IMG/VR virus record: IMGVR_UViG_3300021185_002756
Coordinates: 1-64,000 of that record
DNA: 64,000 nucleotides
Reading direction: 5' to 3' (one strand)
From: a virus
Shown here piece after piece: positions 7,411 to 15,783 of this stretch (positions are counted from its first letter, which is position 1; each line of letters opens with the position of its first letter). The notes below the pieces were generated by a model that was given only the letters and a program-made list of their open reading frames with translations, was not told where the DNA came from and did no database searches. Made by a program: the position numbers and the translations under genes.

Positions 7411-8521
7411 ATACACCCTCCCACTTTTCTCTACCTTGTTTACGATCATTACCCACACCCGGACGTGTGTTCAACATCATTTTAATTATTCCATCATGTT
7501 TGAAGCCGACCTTCTCTGCGGTTTGGATCCACCTTTCCGTGACTTCGTAAGGCTCGGGTCGATCATAGCTCTTATAGTCTGCGATGTTGGTGGCGAATAC
7601 TCCGTCACTGTTGAGCCCTTTGCGAATGTTTTGCATAGTCGGAGCAACATAGCCTTCAAACCATTCATCTTCAGTTTTAAACTGTACCATGCATTGTGTT
7701 TCTTCATTTGAATACTTCTCCAAGTTAAAATAAGGAGGTGAACTGAATGCTAGGTCTATATCCTCAGGTTGATAATTTTCACTAACATCTTGTACGATAG
7801 TGCCTCTTACACCGGTTGCTTCGTCTATTACATCATTCAAATAATTCAAGTATGCAACTGTTTCAGTGTTGGGTTCAACTCCTATGTAATTGTACTTAAA
7901 GTTGCTTGAGCCTATGCCTAATAATCTACCACCATAGCCACAACTGTAATCATACACATTGCCCCAAAGCACAGGGCACAGATGTTCTACTATTGCTTTG
8001 GCATTTTGTGCTTTGAAGTTAGTAACGTTCTCACCTGTGACTAATTCAAGTGCAGTTCTTAACTGTGTTGGACGTAACAATCTATCACCTGTTCTAAACT
8101 CAAAACAAATTCTAATTGCACGTTTAAGTTTGCGTTCATCAAAGAATCGATCCTTTAAACTGTTTGATCCTCTGCCTTTAGGTTCAGCAGTCATCATATT
8201 AGGAAACAAAAATCTATTGATTGTTTGCCCTCTGTTGTTGCCCAGTCCAATTTTTCCGTTGTCTACATTGTTATAGGATAACTTGCTAAACTTACGTACT
8301 GCATCAACCAATCCTTGGTGGGTATAATACACAATAGGAACTAGATCAATACTACGATATATGTTGTATACCTTTTCTATTGTTCCTTGTGGGTCAGCAT
8401 CATACTGTGCTTTATCAAAGGCGTCTAATTGATCGTAGACACTTTCATAACCAGTGAACTCGCCATCGATTATGTGCATTGATGATATATTCCAGATATC
8501 ATGTAATTGATCAATTACCAC
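7391..8521 (-). CDS. SAM-dependent amino-methyltransferase (DNA N6A/N4C MTase-like)
   Basis: YDYSCGYGGRLLG SAM-binding motif and FSSPPYF catalytic motif. Confidence 0.75.
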   Translation of the reverse strand: MVIDQLHDIWNISSMHIIDGEFTGYESVYDQLDAFDKAQYDADPQGTIEKVYNIYRSIDLVPIVYYTHQGLVDAVRKFSKLSYNNVDNGKIGLGNNRGQTINRFLFPNMMTAEPKGRGSNSLKDRFFDERKLKRAIRICFEFRTGDRLLRPTQLRTALELVTGENVTNFKAQNAKAIVEHLCPVLWGNVYDYSCGYGGRLLGIGSSNFKYNYIGVEPNTETVAYLNYLNDVIDEATGVRGTIVQDVSENYQPEDIDLAFSSPPYFNLEKYSNEETQCMVQFKTEDEWFEGYVAPTMQNIRKGLNSDGVFATNIADYKSYDRPEPYEVTERWIQTAEKVGFKHDGIIKMMLNTRPGVGNDRKQGREKWEGVYVFRKN

Positions 8522-8931
8522 GTAAATTTTATCTCCGCATATGCTTCATCTTGTTTAACAGTAATAGAACCAATGTCTTTCCAACTGTATGATAAGCCAT
8601 CAAACGAAGATGGATTTACAATAAGTTTATGGTCTGCTTGAAACTTCCAATACATTTTATTCTTGCTCTTAAGAACTACCTTTTGCTTGAATGTTTTTGC
8701 ACGTTGCGGAAACTTACTATCATTGCTACTTTTTGTTTCACTAGGCCCAACAATACTAAAACCATATTTAATTTTGTTTAAGACATATCCGTTAATTGTA
8801 TCATCAACTTCATAGTGCTTGTACAATCTCTGTGATACTTCTTCAATTGCTTTACTTGGATTATTAGTTGTAAATTCCTGTCCAAATACCATTGTGGGTA
8901 GCAGAAATAATATTGCAATAATGTATTTCAT
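8515..8931 (-). CDS. secreted/outer-membrane hypothetical protein
   Basis: Signal peptide MKYIIAILFLLPTMVFG; C-terminal aromatic residue. Confidence 0.5.
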   Translation of the reverse strand: MKYIIAILFLLPTMVFGQEFTTNNPSKAIEEVSQRLYKHYEVDDTINGYVLNKIKYGFSIVGPSETKSSNDSKFPQRAKTFKQKVVLKSKNKMYWKFQADHKLIVNPSSFDGLSYSWKDIGSITVKQDEAYAEIKFTW

Positions 8932-9188
8932 TATGCAGATGCCAATTCTACGCCTGCATCAAACATGTTCCATGCATCGCCATTGTTCTTAAAACCATAT
9001 TCCTCTGCAAAATCCATTGAGCTACTATGCATCAATCTATCAGCAACACCTCTTGTTTGAAGAATGTATGCAACCATTTTTGGTGTCTTTGCAAAACCAA
9101 CTGTGTTAAGTTGTCCAAGTTCGTCATTTCTACCACCGTAAAACTTAATACCACCGTTATCAGCACTTATAAAATCTATCTTTGTCAT
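8931..9188 (-). CDS. hypothetical early protein
   Basis: Behind an early promoter with the conserved leader. Confidence 0.6.
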   Translation of the reverse strand: MTKIDFISADNGGIKFYGGRNDELGQLNTVGFAKTPKMVAYILQTRGVADRLMHSSSMDFAEEYGFKNNGDAWNMFDAGVELASA

Positions 9189-9194
9189 CTAGCT

Positions 9195-9253
9195 CTCCTT
9201 ATTTCTAACTATACATATATAATAACACAGTTATAGAATAAGTCAACCTTTTT
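9195..9253 (-). promoter_or_regulatory. early promoter plus conserved leader/RBS
   Basis: AAAAAGGTTGACT-N16-TATTAT-ATATGTATAGTTAGAAATAAGGAG. Confidence 0.85.
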
Positions 9254-9264
9254 CTGCATTTAGG

Positions 9265-9492
9265 TTAGTCTAAAAATTCTATTATTTCTATCATTTTACT
9301 AAGTTTTTCTTGTGCTAAACGTTTGTTTGATGCTGGTACCCATGCCTGTCCTAAGCCATGTTCTTCGTCTACTTTGTTTAGTTCTAGTGTGATACGTTCC
9401 TTGCCAGTCTTACGCATCTTTAGTGGTCGTGGAGCAGTAAATTTAAGTATGAATACTTGTTCACGTGGTTTAAATTCTAATACTTCACCCAT
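9265..9492 (-). CDS. hypothetical protein
   Basis: Coupled to the clamp loader gene. Confidence 0.5.
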   Translation of the reverse strand: MGEVLEFKPREQVFILKFTAPRPLKMRKTGKERITLELNKVDEEHGLGQAWVPASNKRLAQEKLSKMIEIIEFLD

Positions 9493-10408
9493 TGATCTGC
9501 GATAGCTCTACCATAGTTGCACTTAGATTAATTTCTGGATCTGCTACGAAACTGTGATTAACAAGTCCTGTACGTATTGCCATAATAGCACTGTCTTGTC
9601 CTTCTGGAGTAGTACTGAACAGTTCTAAGTTGTCATACATCCAACGAAATACATCTTCCATCTCTTCTGGACGTACAGTTGCACACATAAGTTTACGTGC
9701 TTCAATGATCTTGCCTGCTTTGAACAAGTTTACTGCATCAACCCGCCAGTCGCTTGTGTTGCCTTCATCGCCCTTTACGTTTGTAAGTTTGCCATCTGTG
9801 CTGTTCATCTGACACAGATTCAAACACTTACGTAGATCTGGATAGGTGCTACGTACATATGTGTCCAGTGTTTCGATATCAAGTTCAACATTCTCTGCAA
9901 CCAGCACAGTGGCAATACGTGCAGTAAACTCTGTCTTGTCTACTTTCTCAATATGAAAGCCTTGACATCTACTATGCAATGCAGGGATAACTCTGTTTGG
10001 ATAGTTACAAGTTAGTATGAACCTTGCACTAGCATGATAGGTTTCCATAACACCACGCAGTGCCGCTTGTCCATTTGGCGATATATAGTCAGCCTCATCT
10101 AACAGTACAACCTTGAAGTCACCAAATGGCATTGTTTGTACAAATCCTGTGATCTTATCACGTATTGTGTCAATTGAATTTTCTCTTGATGCGTTTATTT
10201 CTAGCACATCAAAGTCATCTATTTCAAGTTGTTTGATCAGTATCTTTGCCAGTGTTGTTTTACCTACACCAGGTGCACCTGAGAATAACAAGTGCGGAAT
10301 AGCACCTTCATCTATCCAAGTTTTTACTTGTGCTTTTTGTTCTGCATCACGGAACACATATCCGTCGATGTCATCGGGCCTATACTTTTCAGTCCACAGT
10401 TGCTTCAT
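9485..10408 (-). CDS. sliding-clamp loader subunit (RFC small / T4 gp44-like AAA+)
   Basis: LWTEKYRP, GAPGVGKTT, EINAS, LLDEAD, LHSRC. Confidence 0.92.
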   Translation of the reverse strand: MKQLWTEKYRPDDIDGYVFRDAEQKAQVKTWIDEGAIPHLLFSGAPGVGKTTLAKILIKQLEIDDFDVLEINASRENSIDTIRDKITGFVQTMPFGDFKVVLLDEADYISPNGQAALRGVMETYHASARFILTCNYPNRVIPALHSRCQGFHIEKVDKTEFTARIATVLVAENVELDIETLDTYVRSTYPDLRKCLNLCQMNSTDGKLTNVKGDEGNTSDWRVDAVNLFKAGKIIEARKLMCATVRPEEMEDVFRWMYDNLELFSTTPEGQDSAIMAIRTGLVNHSFVADPEINLSATMVELSQING

Positions 10409-10430
10409 ACAATACTCCTAATTTGTACAT

Positions 10431-10460
10431 AGTATACAGGTATTATTTAGGTAAGTCAAC
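10431..10460 (-). promoter_or_regulatory. sigma70-type promoter for the clamp loader
   Basis: TTGACT-N17-TATACT. Confidence 0.7.
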
Positions 10461-12074
10461 CAATTCTGGAAAACTATCTAATAGGTTTGCTTTATAGTAT
10501 TTGTCTAGAGGCAAGATATTTTGCCAAAAGTCTTTACTATCAAAAGCAATAGTTGTATCTAGTTGTGTAAGGATGCTTTCAAAGCCCTGAGTTGCTCTAC
10601 CTTCGTTATCAAGCGGACGTAACCATTCAAGATGATTATTAATTTTTTCTCTTATCTGCACACGTAAGGCGGGTGGAGCAGTTTCAACTCTCATCCATTC
10701 AGGCCAGTGTAGTGTCTGTATACGAAACTGTTCAGGTTTTATTAGACCTTTTTCTGTCCAACTGCGGTGAAAGTCTGGCACATGTAATACATTAATAAGA
10801 CTTGTTGTACTACTGATATAAAAATCTATATCAGGACGTTGATCCAGCATTTCACGCCTAAAGTCTAATACATCTTGCCATACTGTTCCAGTACGTAGAT
10901 ATGCTCCTCTTTCGCCCTCTGCGTCAAGACTTGCACCAATGGATATGTTTTTAAAATTTTTCCATGCATCAAAGATACTGTGTCCTTTTAGATGCGAACG
11001 TGTCATATTAGTATTATATATCAATTGGATGTCATGACGATGTCTTAGATTTAATTCAGCGAGTATCTTGTAGTTTTCTGGCATCATCAGTGGCTCGCCG
11101 CCGGCAAAGTATATCCTATCAATATTATCTAGTTGTTCAACTATTTGATCATACAAATCTGTGTTGTTTCTACCTGCTTTAAGGAATACTGGTGTAGACT
11201 TGTCAATTAAACCAACTGCAACTGCTGGAGCATGCCAACTACTTGACGATCCGTGAACACAACTACGACAACTCAAATTACAAAGATTATTAAATCTTGA
11301 ATCAATGAATTTTAAATTATACTCGGGCGTGATATTTTGTTCGACAAGGTCTACGTGCTTTGCAAACGTAGTATTCATTGATGTTCTAAAACTTTCTTTT
11401 CCAAGTTTTTCAGCTCGCATACATTGTTTACATCCGTCACTTGGCAGATCATTTAGCATTCGTTTTCTTAAATTTTGATATGGTTTATCGTTCCAAATGT
11501 CTTTAAGGCTGTCTTTACTGCAATCACCAATTGACTCTCCATTCCATGCACAACACGGTGCAACACCATTTTTGGTATGAATGTATAAACTTGTCCAAGG
11601 AATTATACAGAAATTTTTATTTTTAAATAGTAGATCTCTTTGTGCTTTTGTAAGTTTTGATATCTCTTCACTTCGATGATTGACACTATTTGTTTTTGTA
11701 TATGGTCTGATATCACCTGCTGGTAATCTTTCAAAATTGCCTGCAATAGATTGTATTTTAAATGTTGTAGGGTCAGTACTATATGTTTTATGCACATAGC
11801 GATATTCTTCATGAATTTTATTATTAGTTGTTACAAGACAGATAAAACAATTACTAATATCAATATGGTTAATAATAGTTTGTAAACTTTGTAATATTAA
11901 GCCATGTGAATCTTTGTAAAAATCATTGGTTAATTTTATTACAATTTTTTGATTTGATTCAAAGGCTGGTTGATGTAGTGCTTTCAGTGCAAGATATAGA
12001 TCAACAAAGTTATCTTTGTAATGATCGCAATCAATTGTTCCTACAATCTCATCGCTGGTAAATGTCAATTGCAT
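10443..12074 (-). CDS. radical SAM protein with twitch/SPASM-like Cys cluster
   Basis: CNLSCRSC (CxxxCxxC), FAGGEP, YNTN; upstream FCIIPW..PCC..CKQC. Confidence 0.85.
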   Translation of the reverse strand: MQLTFTSDEIVGTIDCDHYKDNFVDLYLALKALHQPAFESNQKIVIKLTNDFYKDSHGLILQSLQTIINHIDISNCFICLVTTNNKIHEEYRYVHKTYSTDPTTFKIQSIAGNFERLPAGDIRPYTKTNSVNHRSEEISKLTKAQRDLLFKNKNFCIIPWTSLYIHTKNGVAPCCAWNGESIGDCSKDSLKDIWNDKPYQNLRKRMLNDLPSDGCKQCMRAEKLGKESFRTSMNTTFAKHVDLVEQNITPEYNLKFIDSRFNNLCNLSCRSCVHGSSSSWHAPAVAVGLIDKSTPVFLKAGRNNTDLYDQIVEQLDNIDRIYFAGGEPLMMPENYKILAELNLRHRHDIQLIYNTNMTRSHLKGHSIFDAWKNFKNISIGASLDAEGERGAYLRTGTVWQDVLDFRREMLDQRPDIDFYISSTTSLINVLHVPDFHRSWTEKGLIKPEQFRIQTLHWPEWMRVETAPPALRVQIREKINNHLEWLRPLDNEGRATQGFESILTQLDTTIAFDSKDFWQNILPLDKYYKANLLDSFPELVDLPK

Positions 12075-12432
12075 CAGCCAATGTATCATCGTTGCCAGGA
12101 TCATCATCGCTAACAAGTAAAATGTCTGCATTGTCTACTTTACGAATCACAGTTTCTCCGTTTCCGTCTGCAATCTTCACACCTCTTGTCCAACGACCGT
12201 GTGCTACCATGATCCATTGCCCTGTAGAAACTTCTGTTTGCTCTGGACCAATAGCATATACCTTGCCCCAACGTGGACGTATGCCATGACCTTTGCCGTC
12301 ATCGTCTAATAATATGATTCCGCTTTGTAGTTTTCTTTCTTTAAATGCCATTTCTTCAACAATTACATCATCACGTAGTGCTCTAAACGTTTCTCTCGTA
12401 ACTTTGTATGCATCATAGTTCTGTGTAGCCAT
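12049..12432 (-). CDS. groES: co-chaperonin GroES-like
   Basis: ALRDDVIVE, SGIIL, GKVYAIGP, V..GQWIMV, DILLV. Confidence 0.8.
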   Translation of the reverse strand: MATQNYDAYKVTRETFRALRDDVIVEEMAFKERKLQSGIILLDDDGKGHGIRPRWGKVYAIGPEQTEVSTGQWIMVAHGRWTRGVKIADGNGETVIRKVDNADILLVSDDDPGNDDTLADAIDIYQR

Positions 12433-12986
12433 TATATTTTCTTTACTCCTGCTTGTTCTTGTGCTTGTTGTCTTGGTGTTTTTTGTGCTTCTTGTTTTAT
12501 AGTTTTTGCTCTTGCAATAGCTTCTGCTAATCCCCCTTTTTGAGCTGACGCCTTTTCGGGTTCAGGTGTAGGTTCAATATCTAATACTTTTTCATCTACT
12601 ACTGGAGTCTGTATTGATTCTACACTTTTAGTTTTAGCAACTTTTGGAGTCTTAGTGCTTCGTTTTTCTTTAAATGCTTTGTCCTCTTTGGCATTTGTTT
12701 CTTGCAATTTATACGGATTAGGTGCAGGAGGTGCTGGCGGAATAACACGTTCAATGGTTGCAGCAGATTCTTGCGGAATTTCATTTTGCGGTCCAATCTG
12801 TTTGTTATAAGCTCGTTGAGATTGCTTTACCTTAGAGTCAACTACTTTGTTAAAGGTATCAACTCTGTCGCCACGTGCATTTACGCCCATGTTGCCAACT
12901 GCACGAACCGTTTCATTTTGTAATAACAAGGCTCCAAGGTCAACTGATTTGCCTTGTGAACTTCTATAAACTTTTTTACTTGCCAT
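12432..12986 (-). CDS. hypothetical late protein (Pro/Lys-rich)
   Basis: RBS GGAG, TAAATA upstream. Confidence 0.6.
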   Translation of the reverse strand: MASKKVYRSSQGKSVDLGALLLQNETVRAVGNMGVNARGDRVDTFNKVVDSKVKQSQRAYNKQIGPQNEIPQESAATIERVIPPAPPAPNPYKLQETNAKEDKAFKEKRSTKTPKVAKTKSVESIQTPVVDEKVLDIEPTPEPEKASAQKGGLAEAIARAKTIKQEAQKTPRQQAQEQAGVKKI

Positions 12987-13017
12987 TTGGTACTCCTATT
13001 AACTGCGTAGTTAATAT

Positions 13018-13491
13018 TTATCTTAGAAACTCACCAGGGTCTAAATCATAGTACATGCTATCAATTCTGTGTACACCAAGCAAGTATAACACATAACTTG
13101 CAACACTTGATCCTCTGCCTACACCCCATATTATCTTATTATTTCGCATGGTATCCACAAGATACTTAAGATACTTTAGCAAGTTAAACAAGTTGCGTTC
13201 TTGAAACATCAACAGTTCTTCGCCAGCACGTTGTATCTCTGGTTGTGTTTTACAAAGATCAATCACATGCTGTGCAATATCCATTTGTTTGTACTCTTCA
13301 GGCATTAACCAGTTGCGTTGATTCATCATATCATACTCATCAACACTCAATGATATATCAGTTTCAGGTGACGTATCTTCAAGTTGCACAGTGCCATCCA
13401 CAGTAATATCAGCAGTTGTTTGTTGTTTCATAATCAAATCAACTACGTCTTCAATGTTGTATACTATTTCACCAAACTTATTTTTTATCAT
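13018..13491 (-). CDS. DNA polymerase III alpha (DnaE) fragment, GRGS region only
   Basis: WGVGRGSSVASYVLYLLGVHRID..YDL..EFLR. Confidence 0.85.
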   Translation of the reverse strand: MIKNKFGEIVYNIEDVVDLIMKQQTTADITVDGTVQLEDTSPETDISLSVDEYDMMNQRNWLMPEEYKQMDIAQHVIDLCKTQPEIQRAGEELLMFQERNLFNLLKYLKYLVDTMRNNKIIWGVGRGSSVASYVLYLLGVHRIDSMYYDLDPGEFLR

Positions 13492-14119
13492 TGGGTTTGA
13501 ATTCTACTACGTTTTCACTTGAGTGTACAATTTTTTCAGGTGTGTTTTCAAGTTTGATTTCAATTACTGTTTCTGGTTCTTCGCCATTGTCCCAATCCAA
13601 GTCTAAACTTTTCCAAGTTGGGTTATTAAGTGCTACAATTTTCTTACGTGTACTTGTAAGTGTACTACAATTTGGACCAGTATCGCTCCACCATCCTGGT
13701 TTTTCATAAGGCCCAGTTGTTTCCTCATCATGATGCAAATAACTTATTCCGCCGCCTATACTACTTCTTATGCTTATATCTAGTATATCTATCACATCTT
13801 CTGTAACTGCTTGTAGTTTACTATACAATGCTAAACCCGTCAATTGGTCAGCAGGTTCATTTGGCAAAATCACTGTGCGAAAACCAACGTCTTGGTATTT
13901 TTTAGCAACTTTTTTGTCGTCATCACCAATTATAATTGCATCACTGAATTGTTCATAGATAATATATTTGCATCTTTCCAGTGCTATGTTATGGTCGATA
14001 GTATTCATCGACTTTGTCATCATCTGTAGATCAATACTGTATGTATTCATAATTACCCCAGTATCAAAATGTATGCCAGCAGTAAATGTTGGACTGAAAC
14101 CTATTCTTACATTACTCAT
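13478..14119 (-). CDS. conserved hypothetical protein
   Basis: 213-aa ORF in operon. Confidence 0.6.
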   Translation of the reverse strand: MSNVRIGFSPTFTAGIHFDTGVIMNTYSIDLQMMTKSMNTIDHNIALERCKYIIYEQFSDAIIIGDDDKKVAKKYQDVGFRTVILPNEPADQLTGLALYSKLQAVTEDVIDILDISIRSSIGGGISYLHHDEETTGPYEKPGWWSDTGPNCSTLTSTRKKIVALNNPTWKSLDLDWDNGEEPETVIEIKLENTPEKIVHSSENVVEFKPNDKK

Positions 14120-14346
14120 GATATGTCTATTTTATCCTCAAACTTATCGTCTTTGTTACGACGTGCTTCGGCAGTGATTTCTGCCAATTTATTTTGATAT
14201 GTATTAAGCGCCATTTGTAATTGATTTATTAGACTTGAATTACCCATTCTCATAGCCATAGATAACTTTGAATTAATTTCTGTAATTTTATCCAGAATCT
14301 CGCCTTCATCAAGTTTACCAATGTCATTTATTAATGGGTGTTCCAT
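14116..14346 (-). CDS. hypothetical helical protein
   Basis: Coupled to neighbours. Confidence 0.55.
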   Translation of the reverse strand: MEHPLINDIGKLDEGEILDKITEINSKLSMAMRMGNSSLINQLQMALNTYQNKLAEITAEARRNKDDKFEDKIDIS

Positions 14347-14756
14347 TATATGTCGCCGTCTACTCTGTTTTCACTATAGTGTGCATCAAAGTCGCCACCT
14401 GGGTAACGTGCTTTGAGTTTATCAATGTTCATCTGTATAATAATATTTGGATCAACATTCAATGCACGACATGCATTTACCCAATACCACATGATATCAC
14501 CAAGTTCCCTTTTTGCATGATACTGAGTATCATCATCCAATGGTTTGCCTTGAAATATACATTTTTTAACAATTTCCATAAACTCACCACCCTCTGCACT
14601 GATACCTACTGCACCAGTTAGTAGTAAACTCATATTAACACCAGACTCACCTTCTAATTTATCTATTGTTTCACACATTGATGATGTGCTATTAGAATCT
14701 TCGCTTGTAACTGCTTTTACAAACTCTTTGTACTTGTTTAGATCTATTTGTTTCAT
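14346..14756 (-). CDS. MazG-like nucleoside triphosphate pyrophosphohydrolase
   Basis: AEGGEFMEIVKK..RELGDIMWY..NIDKLKARYP. Confidence 0.9.
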   Translation of the reverse strand: MKQIDLNKYKEFVKAVTSEDSNSTSSMCETIDKLEGESGVNMSLLLTGAVGISAEGGEFMEIVKKCIFQGKPLDDDTQYHAKRELGDIMWYWVNACRALNVDPNIIIQMNIDKLKARYPGGDFDAHYSENRVDGDI

Positions 14757-14778
14757 AAAAAAACTCCTTTACTCAATA

Positions 14779-14807
14779 ATTATACAGCAAAGGAGTTGGT
14801 ATGTCAA
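14779..14807 (-). promoter_or_regulatory. sigma70 consensus promoter for the MazG operon
   Basis: TTGACA-N17-TATAAT. Confidence 0.8.
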
Positions 14808-14822
14808 TTATTATTTTGCTCT

Positions 14823-15731
14823 TTATCCAAATGCGGCGCCGTTGTTTCCAATACAGTACCATTTGCTATTAATATACATCAGTGTGGCTGCTTCGCCAAT
14901 TGTATCAAATGTAATAGTACCTGTACCTGATGCTTTCCAACCTGCGTTGGTTACAGTAATAACCATATCACCACCGTCTGCTACAAAGGCAAATACTTTT
15001 ACTTGTCCTTCTACACCAGCGGCCAGTGTGGCTGTCTCTGCTCCACCAGTTGTAAAGAAACTTGCAGTCTTTGTTAGGCTAGCTGCACCTGATGCGGCCA
15101 AGTCTTCTGAACCTGTAAGTTTAATTGGATTTGTAAAACTATCTCTTGGACGAGTAAGTTCGCTTAGGAATATACTTGTTCCGCCATCGTCTGTATGGAA
15201 TTGAAATTCATATGTGCCAGTTTCTGCAAATGTTATTACGTTTGAAGCAATACCTTGTATACCCACAACTGATTTTGCACTTGCTCCGTTGCCTACTGCA
15301 CTTGGAAGTGTCATAGTATGTGCAACGTTTGCAACAGTGACTGTCACTGTAATATATGCTTGGTTACCTGCACTTGGAATGTTTGAAAATGCTAGTGTAA
15401 TTGAACCTGATGTTGTTACACTGTACCAGTTACCTGCACTGTAGTCAATTGCAGTCGACCCAGTTACTGATCCTAATGCTATTCTTGTGTCTCTGGTTGC
15501 TTGTAATTTAGCATTCTTAATAACTGCACCAGCCATGTCATTGTCCAGTGTTGTACCAGTTAATGCACTTTTAAAAATACCTTTTGCTTGCAAGTCATCA
15601 ATCTCAGTTTCTGCAAATTCAAAGTTTGATTTGATATTTGTGAAGTTGTCACGAAATCCTTGACTGTCATTATCCTGTCCAGCAACTGGATAGGTTGTGT
15701 CTATGTTGTTTGGATTGATACTGCTTGCCAT
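14823..15731 (-). CDS. virion structural protein (tail/baseplate-associated)
   Basis: N-terminal YPVAGQDNDSQGFRDNF motif typical of jumbo-phage virion proteins; beta-rich; late promoter. Confidence 0.7.
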   Translation of the reverse strand: MASSINPNNIDTTYPVAGQDNDSQGFRDNFTNIKSNFEFAETEIDDLQAKGIFKSALTGTTLDNDMAGAVIKNAKLQATRDTRIALGSVTGSTAIDYSAGNWYSVTTSGSITLAFSNIPSAGNQAYITVTVTVANVAHTMTLPSAVGNGASAKSVVGIQGIASNVITFAETGTYEFQFHTDDGGTSIFLSELTRPRDSFTNPIKLTGSEDLAASGAASLTKTASFFTTGGAETATLAAGVEGQVKVFAFVADGGDMVITVTNAGWKASGTGTITFDTIGEAATLMYINSKWYCIGNNGAAFG

Positions 15732-15783
15732 ATTTAATCTCTCTGTTTATGTCTTTATATTTATCATATTACGTCTAGTAGTA

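Noticed and set aside
13018-13491. DnaE pseudogene or split intein
   Set aside because: The ORF is clean and coupled to its neighbours, with no adjacent frameshifted remainder and no intein terminal motifs.
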